A stretch of 64,000 nucleotides of DNA from Eledone cirrhosa (Eukaryota): the NCBI GenBank assembly GCA_964016885.1, contig OZ024743.1, positions 306,590,001-306,654,000 of the forward strand, given 5' to 3'. This document shows, piece by piece, positions 40,401 to 60,639 of the stretch (its first letter is position 1; every line of letters starts with the position of its first letter). The notes beneath the pieces were generated by a model, which ran no database searches, was not told the origin of the DNA, and was given only the letters and a program-made list of their open reading frames with translations. The translations under genes were made by a program, and so were the position numbers.

Positions 40401-42150
40401 TACATACTCATACTCATACTCACACACATACTCATACACATACTCATGCACATACTCATACACATACTCATACACATACTCATACTCATACTCATACACA
40501 TACACATACACATACACATACTCATACTCATACTCATACTCATAATCATGCTGATACACATACACATACACATACACATACTCATACTCATACTCATATA
40601 CATACTGATACTCATACTCATACTCATACAAATACACATACTCATACACATACTCATACTCATACACATACTCATACACATACACATACACATACTCATA
40701 CACTTACTCATACTCATACTCATACTCATACACATACTCATACACATACTCATACTCATACACATACACAAACTCATACACATACACATACTCTAACTCG
40801 TACTCATACACTTACTCATACTCATACACATACACATACTCATACACATACACAAACTCATACACATACTCATATTCATACTCATACTTATACTCATACA
40901 CATACTCATACACATACACATACTCTTACACATACACATACTCATACACATACACATACTCCTACTCATACTCATATTCATACACATACTCATACACATA
41001 CTCACACTCATTTACATACTCATACTCATACACATACTCATACATATACTCATACTCATACTCATACACATACTCATACTCATACACATCCTCATACTCA
41101 TACTCATACTCATATACATACTCATACTCATACTCATACTCATACACATACACATACTCATACACATACTCATACTGATACACATACACATACTCATACA
41201 CATACTCATACTCATACTCATACTCATACACATACTCACACTCATACACATACACATACTCCTAATCCTACTCATACTCATAATCATACTGATACTCATA
41301 CACATACACATACTCATTATCATACTCATACACATACTCATACTCATACACATACTCATACACATACACATACTCATACTCATAGACATACTCATACTCA
41401 TACTCATACTCATACACATACACATACACATACTCCTACTCATACTCATACACATACTCATACTCATACACATACACATACTCATACTCATACTCATACC
41501 ATAATGATACTCATACACATACACTAACACATACTCATACTCATACTCATACTCATAATTATACTCATAGTCATACTCATACACATACTCATACTCATAC
41601 ACATAAAGATACTCATACACATACACATACAAATACACATACTGCTACTCCTACTAATACACATACTCATACTCATATACATACTCATACTCATACTCAT
41701 ACACATACTCATACACATACTCATACACATACTCATACACATACTCATACACATACTCATACTCATACACATACTCATACACATACACAAACTCATACAC
41801 ATACTCATATCCATATCCATACTCATACTCATACTCATACACATACTCATAAACATACTCATACTCATACTCATACACATACTCATACACATACTCATAC
41901 TCATACACATACACAAACTCATACACATACACATACTCATACTCATACTCATACACATACTCATACTGATACACATACTCATACACATACACAAACTCAT
42001 ACACATACACATACTCATACATATACTCATACTCATACTCATACACATACTCATACTCATACACATCCTCATACTCATACTCATATACATACTCATACTC
42101 ATACTCATACTCATACAAATACACATACTCATACACATACTCATACACAT
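31460..42150 (+). repeat. Higher-order tandem duplication, period 5405 bp then 5267 bp
   Basis: Offsets: 31621/37026, 32661/38066, 32943/38348, 34254/39659 (5405); 35526/40793, 35745/41012, 36257/41524 (5267). The second copy is 138 bp shorter near 39950. Confidence 0.93.
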
Positions 42151-43659
42151 ACACATACTCATACACATCCTCATACTCATACTCATATACATACTCATAT
42201 TCATACTCATACTCATACACTTACACATACTCATACACATACTCATACTCATACTCATACTCATACACATTCTCACACTCATACACATACACATACTCAT
42301 ACTCATACTCATACTCATACACATTCTCACACTCATACACATACACATACACATACTCCTACTCCTACTCATACTCATAATCATACTGATACACATACAT
42401 ATACACATACTCATACTCATACTCATATACATACTCATACTCATACACATACTCATACACATACTCATACTCATAGACATACTCATACTCATACTCATAC
42501 TCATACTCATACACATACTCATACTCATACACATACACATACTCGAACTCATACTCATACTCATAATCATACTCATATTCATACACATACACATACACAT
42601 ACACATACTCATACTCATACACATATTCATACTCATACACATACACATACTCATACTCGTAATCGTACACATACACATACACATACTCATACTCATACTC
42701 ATACTCATACACATACTCACACTCATACACATACACATTCTCCTGCTCCTACTCATACACATACACATACACATACTCCTACTCATACACATACTCCTAC
42801 TCATACTCATACACATACTCATACTCATACTCATACACATACCCATACTCATACTCATACTCATACACATACTCATACTCATACTCATACACATACCCAT
42901 ACTCATACTCATACTCATACTCATACTCATACTCATACACATACCCATACTCATACTCATACTCATACTCATACTCATACACATACTCATACACATACAC
43001 ATACACATACACATACTCCTACTCATACTCATACACATACACAAACTCATAAAAATACACATACTCATACACATACACATACTCCTACTCATACTCATAA
43101 TCATACACATACTCATGCACATACTCACACTCATTTACATACTCATACACATATACATACTCATACTCATACTCATACTCATACACATACACATACTCAT
43201 ACACATACTCATACACATACTCATACTCATACTCATACTCATACACATACTCACACTCATACACATACACATTCTCCTGCTCCTACTCATACACATACAC
43301 ATACACATACTCCTACTCATACACATACTCCTACTCATACTCATACACATACTCATACACATACACATACCCATACTCATAGACATACTCATACTCATAC
43401 TCATACACATACTCACACTCATACACATACACATTCTCCTACTCCTACTCATACACATACTCATACACATACACATACTCCTACTCATACACATACTCCT
43501 ACTCATACTCATACACATACTCATACTCATACACATACTCATACTCATACACATACACATACTCATGCTCATACTCATACTCATAATCATACTCATACAC
43601 TAACACATACTCATACTAAATACTCGTACACATACTTATGCACATACACATACTCCTAC

Positions 43660-46600
43660 TCATACTCATACACATACACATACACACACATATACTCATA
43701 CTCATACACATACACATACTCCTACTCATACTCATACTCATACACATACTCATACTCTTACTCAGACACATACACATACACATACTCATACTCATACACA
43801 TACTCATACTCATACACATACACCTACTCATACTCATACTCATACACATACTCATATTCATACTCGTACACATACACATACACATACTCATACTCATAAA
43901 TATACTCATACTCATGCTCATACCCATACTCATACTCACACACATACACATACTCACACTCATACACATACTCATACACATACTCATACTCATACTCATA
44001 CACATACTCATACACATACTCATACTCATACTCATACACATACTAGTACGCATACATATACTCCTACTCATACTCATACTCATACACATACTCATACACA
44101 TGCACATACTCCCACTCATACTCATACTCATACACATACTCGTACGCATACATATACTCCTACTCATACTCATACTCATACACATACTCATACACATACA
44201 CATACTCCCACTCATACTCATACACATACACATACACATACTCATACACATACTCATACTCATGCACATATTCATACTCATTCACATACTCATACACATA
44301 CACATACACATACTCAAACTCCTACTCATACACATACAAATACTCATACACATACTCATACTCATACACATACATATACTCATACACATACTCATACACA
44401 TACACATACACATACACATACTCCTACTCCTACTCGTACACATACTCATACTCATACACATACTCATACACATACTCATACACATACTCATACTCATACT
44501 CATATACATACTTATACTCATACACATACACCTACTCATACTCATACTCATACACATACTCATACTCATACACATACACATACACAAACTCATACACATA
44601 CACATACAAATAGTCATACACTTACTCATACTCATGATCATACTCATACTCATACATCTACTCATACACATACTCATACTCATACACATACACATACACA
44701 AACTCATACACAAACTCATACACATACACATACTCATACTCATACTCATACACATACAGTTACTCATGCACATGCACATACTCATACACATACTCATACA
44801 CATACACATATACATACTCATACACTTACTCATACACATACTCATACTCATACACATACACAAACTCATACACATACACATACTCATACACATACTCATA
44901 CACATACTCATACACATACACATACTCATACTCATAATCATACTCAAACTCATGCACATACTCATACACATACTCACACTCATTTACATACTCATACTCA
45001 TACACATACTCATACACATACTCATACGCATACTCATACTCATACACATATACATACTCATACACATACTTATACTCATACACATATACATACTCATACA
45101 CATACTTATACTCATACTTATACTCATACTCATATACATACTCATACTCATACTCATACTCATACACATACTCACACTCATACACATACACATACTCCTA
45201 CTCCTACTCATACTCATAATCATACTGATACACATACACATACTCATACTCATACTCATACACATACTCATACTCATACACATACTCATACACATACACA
45301 TACTCATACTCATAGACATACTCATACTCATACTCATACTCATACACATACACATACACATACTCCTACTCATACTCATACACATACTCATACTCATACA
45401 CATACACATACTCTTACTCATACTCATACTCATAATCATACTCATACACATACACTAACACATACTCATACTCATAGTCATACTCATACTCATAATCATA
45501 CTCATACACATACACTAACACATACTCATACTCATAATCATACTCATACACATACACTAACACATACTCATACACATACACATAATCCTACTCATACTCA
45601 TACTCATACACATACTCATACTCATACTCAGACACATACACATACAGATACTCATACTCATACACATACTTTTACTCATACACATACACATACTCATACT
45701 CATACTCACACACATACACATACACATACTCACACTCATACACATACTCATACACATATTCATACTCATACTCAACACATACACATACACATACTCCTAC
45801 TCATACTCATATTCATACACATACTCATAAACATACACATACACATACACATACTCATACTCCTACTCATACACATACACATACTCATACACATAGTCAT
45901 ACTCATACACATATTCATACTCATACACATACTCATACTCATACACATACACATACACATAGTCATACTCATACTCATACTCATACTCATACTCATACTC
46001 ATACACATACTCATACTCATACACTTGCTCATACTCATACACATACAAATACACACACATATACTCATACTCATACACATACACATACTCCTACTCATAC
46101 TCATACTCGTACACATACTCATACTCTTACTCAGACACATACACATACACATACTCATACTCATACACATACTCATACTCATACACATACACCTACTCAT
46201 ACTCATACTCATACACATACTCATATTCATACTCGTACACATACACATACACATACTCATACTCATAAATATACTCATACTCATGCTCATACCCATACTC
46301 ATACTCACACACATACACATACTCACACTCATACACATACTCATACACATACTCATACTCATACTCATACACATACTCATACACATACTCATACTCATAC
46401 TCATACACATACTAGTACGCATACATATACTCCTACTCATACTCATACTCATACACATACTCATACACATACACATACTCCCACTCATACTCATACACAT
46501 ACACATACACATACTCATACACATACTCATACTCATGCACATATTCATACTCATTCACATACTCATACACATACACATACACATACTCAAACTCCTACTC

Positions 46601-49600
46601 ATACACATACAAATACTCATACACATACTCATACTCATACACATACATATACTCATACACATACTCATACACATACACATACACATACACATACTCCTAC
46701 TCCTACTCGTACACATACTCATACTCATACACATACTCATACACATACTCATACACATACTCATACTCATACTCATATACATACTTATACTCATACACAT
46801 ACACCTACTCATACTCATACTCATACACATACTCATACTCATACACATACACATACACAAACTCATACACATACACATACAAATAGTCATACACTTACTC
46901 ATACTCATGATCATACTCATACTCATACATCTACTCATACACATACTCATACTCATACACATACACATACACAAACTCATACACAAACTCATACACATAC
47001 ACATACTCATACTCATACTCATACACATACAGTTACTCATGCACATGCACATACTCATACACATACTCATACACATACACATATACATACTCATACACTT
47101 ACTCATACACATACTCATACTCATACACATACACAAACTCATACACATACACATACTCATACACATACTCATACACATACTCATACACATACACATACTG
47201 ATACTCATAATCATACTCAAACTCATGCACATACTCATACACATACTCACACTCATTTACATACTCATACTCATACACATACTCATACACATACTCATAC
47301 TCATACTCATACACATACTCATACACATACTCATACTCATACTCATACACATACTAGTACGCATACATATACTCCTACTCATACTCATACTCATACACAT
47401 ACTCATACACATGCACATACTCCCACTCATACTCATACTCATACACATACTCGTACGCATACATATACTCCTACTCATACTCATACTCATACACATACTC
47501 ATACACATACACATACTCCCACTCATACTCATACACATACACATACACATACTCATACACATACTCATACTCATGCACATATTCATACTCATTCACATAC
47601 TCATACACATACACATACACATACTCAAACTCCTACTCATACACATACAAATACTCATACACATACTCATACTCATACACATACATATACTCATACACAT
47701 ACTCATACACATACACATACACATACACATACTCCTACTCCTACTCGTACACATACTCATACTCATACACATACTCATACACATACTCATACACATACTC
47801 ATACTCATACTCATATACATACTTATACTCATACACATACACCTACTCATACTCATACTCATACACATACTCATACTCATACACATACACATACACAAAC
47901 TCATACACATACACATACAAATAGTCATACACTTACTCATACTCATGATCATACTCATACTCATACATCTACTCATACACATACTCATACTCATACACAT
48001 ACACATACACAAACTCATACACAAACTCATACACATACACATACTCATACTCATACTCATACACATACAGTTACTCATGCACATGCACATACTCATACAC
48101 ATACTCATACACATACACATATACATACTCATACACTTACTCATACACATACTCATACTCATACACATACACAAACTCATACACATACACATACTCATAC
48201 ACATACTCATACACATACTCATACACATACACATACTCATACTCATAATCATACTCAAACTCATGCACATACTCATACACATACTCACACTCATTTACAT
48301 ACTCATACTCATACACATACTCATACACATACTCATACGCATACTCATACTCATACACATATACATACTCATACACATACTTATACTCATACACATATAC
48401 ATACTCATACACATACTTATACTCATACTTATACTCATACTCATATACATACTCATACTCATACTCATACTCATACACATACTCACACTCATACACATAC
48501 ACATACTCCTACTCCTACTCATACTCATAATCATACTGATACACATACACATACTCATACTCATACTCATACACATACTCATACTCATACACATACTCAT
48601 ACACATACACATACTCATACTCATAGACATACTCATACTCATACTCATACTCATACACATACACATACACATACTCCTACTCATACTCATACACATACTC
48701 ATACTCATACACATACACATACTCTTACTCATACTCATACTCATAATCATACTCATACACATACACTAACACATACTCATACTCATAGTCATACTCATAC
48801 TCATAATCATACTCATACACATACACTAACACATACTCATACTCATAATCATACTCATACACATACACTAACACATACTCATACACATACACATAATCCT
48901 ACTCATACTCATACTCATACACATACTCATACTCATACTCAGACACATACACATACAGATACTCATACTCATACACATACTTTTACTCATACACATACAC
49001 ATACTCATACTCATACTCACACACATACACATACACATACTCACACTCATACACATACTCATACACATATTCATACTCATACTCAACACATACACATACA
49101 CATACTCCTACTCATACTCATATTCATACACATACTCATAAACATACACATACACATACACATACTCATACTCCTACTCATACACATACACATACTCATA
49201 CACATAGTCATACTCATACACATATTCATACTCATACACATACTCATACTCATACACATACACATACACATAGTCATACTCATACTCATACTCATACTCA
49301 TACTCATACTCATACACATACTCATACTCATACACTTGCTCATACTCATACACATACAAATACACACACATATACTCATACTCATACACATACACATACT
49401 CCTACTCATACTCATACTCGTACACATACTCATACTCTTACTCAGACACATACACATACACATACTCATACTCATACACATACTCATACTCATACACATA
49501 CACCTACTCATACTCATACTCATACACATACTCATATTCATACTCGTACACATACACATACACATACTCATACTCATAAATATACTCATACTCATGCTCA

Positions 49601-51620
49601 TACCCATACTCATACTCACACACATACACATACTCACACTCATACACATACTCATACACATACTCATACTCATACTCATACACATACTCATACACATACT
49701 CATACTCATACTCATACACATACTAGTACGCATACATATACTCCTACTCATACTCATACTCATACACATACTCATACACATACACATACTCCCACTCATA
49801 CTCATACACATACACATACACATACTCATACACATACTCATACTCATGCACATATTCATACTCATTCACATACTCATACACATACACATACACATACTCA
49901 AACTCCTACTCATACACATACAAATACTCATACACATACTCATACTCATACACATACATATACTCATACACATACTCATACACATACACATACACATACA
50001 CATACTCCTACTCCTACTCGTACACATACTCATACTCATACACATACTCATACACATACTCATACACATACTCATACTCATACTCATATACATACTTATA
50101 CTCATACACATACACCTACTCATACTCATACTCATACACATACTCATACTCATACACATACACATACACAAACTCATACACATACACATACAAATAGTCA
50201 TACACTTACTCATACTCATGATCATACTCATACTCATACATCTACTCATACACATACTCATACTCATACACATACACATACACAAACTCATACACAAACT
50301 CATACACATACACATACTCATACTCATACTCATACACATACAGTTACTCATGCACATGCACATACTCATACACATACTCATACACATACACATATACATA
50401 CTCATACACTTACTCATACACATACTCATACTCATACACATACACAAACTCATACACATACACATACTCATACACATACTCATACACATACTCATACACA
50501 TACACATACTGATACTCATAATCATACTCAAACTCATGCACATACTCATACACATACTCACACTCATTTACATACTCATACTCATACACATACTCATACA
50601 CATACTCATACGCATACTCATACTCATACACATATAATACTCATACACATACTTATACTCATACACATATACATACTCATACACATACTTATACTCATAC
50701 TTATACTCATACTCATATACATACTCATACTCATACTCATACACATACTCACACTCATACACATACACCTACTCCTACTCATACTCATAATCATACTGAT
50801 ACACATACACATACTCATACTCATACTCATACACATACTCATACTCATACACATACTCATACACATACACATACTCATACTCATAGACATACTCATACTC
50901 ATACTCATACTCATACACATACACATACACATACTCCTACTCATACTCATACACATACTCATACTCATACACATACACATACTCTTACTCATACTCATAC
51001 TCATAATCATACTCATACACATACACTAACACATACTCATACTCATAGTCATACTCATACTCATAATCATACTCATACACATACACTAACACATACTCAT
51101 ACTCATAATCATACTCATACACATACACTAACACATACTCATACACATACACATAATCCTACTCATACTCATACTCATACACATACTCATACTCATACTC
51201 AGACACATACACATACAGATACTCATACTCATACACATACTTTTACTCATACACATACACATACTCATACTCATACTCACACACATACACATACATATAC
51301 TCACACTCATACACATACTCATACACATATTCATACTCATACTCAACACATACACATACACATACTCCTACTCATACTCATATTCATACACATACTCATA
51401 AACATACACATACACATACACATACTCATACTCCTACTCATACACATACACATACTCATACACATAGTCATACTCATACACATATTCATACTCATACACA
51501 TACTCATACTCATACACATACACATACACATAGTCATACTCATACTCATACTCATACTCATACTCATACTCATACACATACTCATACTCATACACTTGCT
51601 CATACTCATACACATACTCA
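43660..51620 (+). repeat. Compound HOR domain, periods 2273 + 1038 = 3311 bp
   Basis: A ~700-bp block recurs at 44282, 46555, 47593 and 49866. Blocks 45557/48868/51128 and 45772/49083 match. The marker CAGTTACTCATGCACATGCA is private to this domain. Confidence 0.92.
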
Positions 51621-52619
51621 TACTCATACACATACTCATACACATACTCATACTCATACACATACACATACTCATAGTCATACTCATACACATACTCATA
51701 CTCATACACATACACATACTCATACACATACACATACAAATACACATACTGCTACTCCTACTCATACACATACTCATACTCATATACATACTCATACTCA
51801 TACACATACTCATACACATACTCATACACATACTCATACACATACTCATACTCATACTCATACACATACACATACACATACACATACTCATACTCATACT
51901 CATACTCATAATAATGCTGATACACAAACACATACACATACACATACTCATACTCATACTCATATACATACTGATACTCATACTCATACTCATACAAATA
52001 CACATACTCATACACATACTCATACTCATACACATACTCATACACATAATCATACACATACTCATACACTTACTCATACTCATAATCATACTCATACTCA
52101 TACTCATACTCATACTCATACACATACTCATACACATACTCATACTCATACACATACACAAACTCATACACATACACATACTCATACTCATACTCATACA
52201 CATACTCATACTCATACACATACACATACTCATACACATACACAAACTCATACACATACTCATATTCATACTCATACTCATACTCATACACATACTCATA
52301 CACATACTCACACTCATTTACATACTCATACTCATACACATACTCATACATATATTCATACTCATACTCATACACATACTCATACTCATACACATCCTCA
52401 TACTCATACTCATACTAATACTCATACTCATACTCATACTCATACATATACACATACTCATACACATACTCATACTGATACACATACACATACTCATACA
52501 CATACTCATACTCATACTCATACTCATACTCATACACATCCTCATACTCATACTCATACTAATACTCATACTCATACTCATACTCATACACATACACATA
52601 CACATACTCATACTGATAC

Positions 52620-53425
52620 ACATACACATACTCATACACATACTCATACTCATACTCATACTCATACACATACTCACACTCATACACATACACATACTCC
52701 TACTCCTACTCATACTCATAATAATACTGATACACATACACATACACATACTCATACTCATACTCATACACATGCTCATACTCATACACATACTCATACA
52801 CATACACATACTCATACTCATAGACATACTCATACTCATACTCATACACATACACATACACATACTCCTACTCATACTCATAAACATACTCATACTCATA
52901 CACATACACATACTCATACTCATACTCATACTCATAATGATACTCATACACATACACTAACACATACTCATACTCATACTCATACTCATACTCATAATCA
53001 TACTCATACACATACACTAACACATACTCATACTCATAATCATACTCATACTCATACTCATACACATACTCATGCTCATACTCAGACACATACACATACA
53101 CATACTCATACTCATACTCATACTCGTACACATACACATACTCATACACATACTCATACTCACACACATACACATACACATACTCACACTCATACACATA
53201 CTCATACACATACTCATACTCATACACATACTCCTACTCATACTCATACTCATACACATACACATACTCATACACATACACATACACATACACATACTCC
53301 TACTCATACTCATATTCATACACATACGCATACACATACACATACACATACACATACTCATACTCCTACGCGTACACATACACATACTCATACACATAGT
53401 CATACTCGTACACATAATCATACTC

Positions 53426-53456
<31 letters not shown>

Positions 53457-55975
53457 TACTCATACTCATACTCATACACATACTCATACTCATATACTTA
53501 CTCATACTCATAGTCATACTCATACACATACTCATACTCATACTCATACACATACACATACTCATACACATACACATCCAAATATACATACTGCTACTCC
53601 TAATCATACACATACTCATACTCATATACATACTCATACTCATACTCATACACATACTCATACACATACTCATACACATACTCATACTCATACTCATACA
53701 CATACACATACACATACAGATACTCATACACATACTCATACTCATAATCATACTGATACACATACACATACACATACACATACTCATACTCATACTCATA
53801 TCCATGCTGATACTCATACTCATACTCATACAAATACACATACTCATACACATACTCATACTCATACACATACTCATGCCCATACACATACACATACTCA
53901 TACACTTACTCATACTCATACTCATACTCATACTCATACACATACTCATACACATACTCATACTCATACACATACACAAACTCATACACATACACATACT
54001 CATACTCATACTCATACACATACTCATACTCATACACATACACATACTCATACACATACACAAACTCATACACATACTCATATCCATACTCATACTCATA
54101 CTCATACACATACTCATACACATACTCATACACATACACATACTCATACACATACTCACACTCATTTACACACTCATACTCATACACATACTCATACATA
54201 TACTCATACTCATACTCATACACATACTCATACTCATACACGTCCTCATACTCATACACATATACATACTCACACTCATACTCATACTCATACACATACA
54301 CATACTCATACACATACTCCTACACATACACATACTCATACACATACTTATACTCATACTCATACACATTCTCACACTCATACACATACACATACTCCTA
54401 TTCCTACTCATACTCATACACATATACATACTCATACACATACTCATACTCATACTCATATACATACATATACACATACCCATACACATACACATACTCG
54501 TACTCATACTCATACTCATAATCATACTCATACTCATACACATACACATACACATACTCATACTCATACACATACTCATACTCCTACTCATACTCATACT
54601 CATACACATACTCATACTCTTACTCAGACACATACACATACACATACTCATAGGCATATTCATACTCATACACATACACATACTCATACTCGTACTCGTA
54701 CACATACACATACACATACTCATATTCATAAAAATACTCATACTCATACTCATACACATACTCATACACATACACATACTCATACACATACTCATACTCA
54801 TACTCATACTCATACTCATACACATACTCATACTGATACTCATACATATACTCATACTCATACTCATACTCATACACATACTCATACACATACACATACA
54901 CATACTCCTACTCATACTCATACACATACACAAACTCATACACATACACATACTCATACACATACACATACTCCTACTCATACTCATACTCACACTCATT
55001 TACATACTCATACACATACTCACACTCATTTACATACTCATACTCATACACATACACATACTCATACACATACTCATACACATACACATACTCATACACA
55101 TACTCATACTCATACTCATACTCATACACATACTCACACTCATACACATACACATACTCCTACTCCTACTCATACTCATAATAATACTGATACACATACA
55201 CATACACATACTCATACTCATACTCATACACATGCTCATACACATACACATACACATACTCATACTCATAGACATACTCATACTCATACTCATACACATA
55301 CACATACACATACTCCTACTCATACTCATAAACATACTCATACTCATACACATACACATACTCATACTCATACTCATACTCATAATGATACTCATACACA
55401 TACACTAACACATACTCATACTCATACTCATACTCATACTCATAATCATACTCATACACATACACTAACACATACTCATACTCATAATCATACTCATACT
55501 CATACTCATACACATACTCATACTCATACTCAGACACATACACATACACATACTCATACTCATACACATACTCTTACTCATACACATACACATACTCATA
55601 CTCATCCTCATACTCATACTCATACACATACTCATACTCATACTCGTACACATACACATACTCATACACATACTCATACTCACACACATACACATACACA
55701 TACTCACACTCATACACATACTCATACACATACTCATACTCATACACATACTCATAATCATACTCATACTCATACTCATACACATACTCCTACTCCTACT
55801 CATACTCATACACATACACATACTCATACACATACACATACACATACTCCTACTCATACTCATATTCATACACATACGCATACACATACACATACACATA
55901 CACATACTCATACTCCTACGCGTACACATACACATACTCATACACATAGTCATACTCATACACATAATCATACTC

Positions 55976-56006
<31 letters not shown>

Positions 56007-59000
56007 TACTCATACTCATACTCATACTCATACTCATACTCATACTCATACACATACTCATACTCATATACTTACTCATACTCATAGTCATACTCATACA
56101 CATACTCATACTCATACTCATACACATACACATAATCATACACATACACATCCAAATATACATACTGCTACTCCTACTCATACACATACTCATACTCATA
56201 TACATACTCATACTCATACTCATACACATACTCATACACATACTCATACACATACTCATACTCATACTCATACACATACACATACACATACAGATACTCA
56301 TACACATACTCATACTCATAATCATACTGATACACATACACATACACATACACATACTCATACTCATACTCATATCCATGCTGATACTCATACTCATACT
56401 CATACAAATACACATACTCATACACATACTCATACTCATACACATACTCATACCCATACACATACACATACTCATACACTTACTCATACTCATACTCATA
56501 CTCATACACATACTCATACACATACTCATACTCATACACATACACAAACTCATACACATACACATACTCATACTCATACTCATACACATACTCATACTCA
56601 TACACATACACATACTCATACACATACACAAACTCATACACATACTCATATCCATACTCATACTCATACTCATACACATACTCATACACATACTCATACA
56701 CATACACATACTCATACACATACTCACACTCATTTACACACTCATACTCATACACATACTCATACATATACTCATACTCATACTCATACACATACTCATA
56801 CTCATACACATCCTCATACTCATACACATATACATACTCACACTCATACTCATACTCATACACATACACATACTCATACACATACTCCTACACATACACA
56901 TAATCATACACATACTTATACTCATACTCATACTCATACACATTCTCACACTCATACACATACACATACTCCTATTCCTACTCATACTCATACACATACA
57001 CATACTCATACACATACTCATACTCATACTCATATATATACATATACACATACCCATACACATACACATACTCGTACTCATACTCATACTCATAATCATA
57101 CTCATACTCATACACTTACACATACACATACTCATACTCATACACATACTCATACTCCTACTCATACTCATACTCATACACATACTCATACTCTTACTCA
57201 GACACATACACATACACATACTCATACGCATATTCATACTCATACACATACACATACTCATACTCGTACTCGTACACATACACATACACATACTCATATT
57301 CATAAAAATACTCATACTCATACTCATACACATACTCATACACATACACATACTCATACACATACTCATACTCATACTCATACTCATACTCATACACATA
57401 CTCATACTGATACTCATACATATACTCATACTCATACTCATACTCATACTCATACACATACTCATACACATACACATACACATACTCCTGCTCATACTCA
57501 TACACATACACAAACTCATACACATACACATACTCATACACATACACATACTCCTACTCATACTCATACTCACACTCATTTACATACTCATACACATACT
57601 CACACTCATTTACATACTCATACTCATACACATACACATACTCATACACATACTCATACACATAGACATACTCATACACATACTCATACTCATACTCATA
57701 CTCATACACATACTCACACTCATACACATACACATTCTCCTACTCCTACTCATACACATACTCATACACATACACATACACATACTCCTACTCATACACA
57801 TACTCATACTCATACTCATACACATACTCATACACATACACATACTCATACTCATAGATATACTCATACACTAACACATACTCATACTAAATACTCGTAC
57901 ACATACTTATACACATACACATACTCATACTCATACTCATACACATACACATACCCATACACATACACATACTCATACACATACACATACACATACTCAT
58001 ACACATACTCATACACATATACATACACATACTCCTACTCATACTCATACTCATACACATACTCATACTCTTACTCAGACACATACACATACACATACTC
58101 ATACTCATACACATACACCTACTCATACTCATACTCATACACATACTCATACTCATACTCGTACACATACACATACACATACTCATACTCATAAACATAC
58201 TCATACTCATGCTCATACCCATACTCATACTCACACACATACACATACTCACACTCATACACATACTCATACACATACTCATACTCATACTCATACTCAT
58301 ACACATACTCATACACATACTCATACTCATACTCATACACATACTCGTACGCATACATATACTCCTACTCATACTCATACTCATACACATACTCATACAG
58401 ATACACATACTCCCACTCATACTCATACTCATACACATACACAAACTCATACACAAACTCATACTCATACACATACACATACACATACTCATACACATAC
58501 TCATACTCATGCACATACTCATACTCATACACATACTCATACACATACACATACACATACTCAAACCCCTACTCATACACATACACATACTCATACACAT
58601 ACTCATACTCATACACATACACATACTCATACACATACTCATACACATACACATACACATACACATACTCCTACTCCTACTCATACACATACTCATACTC
58701 ATACACATACTCATACACATACTCATACACATACTCATACACATACTCATACACATACTCACACTCATTTACACACTCATACTCATACACATACTCATAC
58801 ATATACTCATACTCATACTCATACACATACTCATACTCATACACGTCCTCATACTCATACACATATACATACTCACACTCATACTCATACTCATACACAT
58901 ACACATACTCATACACATACTCCTACACATACACATACTCATACACATACTTATACTCATACTCATACTCATACACATTCTCACACTCATACACATACAC

Positions 59001-60602
59001 ATACTCCTATTCCTACTCATACTCATACACATACACATACTCATACGCATACTCATACTCATACTCATATACATACATATACACATACCCATACACATAC
59101 ACATACTCGTACTCATACTCATACTCATAATCATACTCATACTCATACACATACACATACACATACTCATACTCATACACATACTCATACTCCTACTCAT
59201 ACTCATACTCATACACATACTCATACTCTTACTCAGACACATACACATACACATACTCATACGCATATTCATACTCATACACATACACATACTCATACTC
59301 GTACTCGTACACATACACATACACATACTCATATTCATAAAAATACTCATACTCATACTCATACACATACTCATACACATACACATACTCATACACATAC
59401 TCATACTCATACTCATACTCATACTCATACACATACTCATACTGATACTCATACATATACTCATACTCATACTCATACTCATACACATACTCATACACAT
59501 ACACATACACATACTCCTACTCATACTCATACACATACACAAACTCATACACATACACATACTCATACACATACACATACTCCTACTCATACTCATACTC
59601 ACACTCATTTACATACTCATACACATACTCACACTCATTTACATACTCATACTCATACACATACACATACTCATACACGTACTCATACACATACACATAC
59701 TCATACACATACTCATACTCATACTCATACTCATACACATACTCACACTCATACACATACACATACTCCTACTCCTACTCATACTCATAATAATACTGAT
59801 ACACATACACATACACATACTCATACTCATACTCATACACATGCTCATACTCATACACATACTCATACACATACACATACACATACTCATACTCATAGAC
59901 ATACTCATACTCATACTCATACACATACACTTACAGATACTCCTACTCATACTCATAAACATACTCATACTCATACACATACACATACTCATACTCATAC
60001 TCATACTCATAATGATACTCATACACATACACTAACACATACTCATACTCATACTCATACTCATACTCATAATCATACTCATACACATACACTAACACAT
60101 ACTCATACTCATAATCATACTCATACTCATACTCATACACATACTCATACTCATACTCAGACACATACACATACACATACTCATACTCATACACATACTC
60201 TTACTCGTACACATACACATACTCATACTCATCCTCATACTCATACTCATACACATACTCATACTCATACTCGTACACATACACATACTCATACACATAC
60301 TCATACTCACACACATACACATACACATACTCACACTCATACACATACTCATACACATACTCATACTCATACACATACTCATAATCATACTCATACTCAT
60401 ACTCATACACATACTCCTACTCATACTCATACTCATACACATACACATACTCATACACATACACATACACATACTCCTACTCATACTCATATTCATACAC
60501 ATACGCATACACATACACATACACATACACATACTCATACTCCTACGCGTACACATACACATACTCATACACATAGTCATACTCATACACATAATCATAC
60601 TC

Positions 60603-60639
<37 letters not shown>

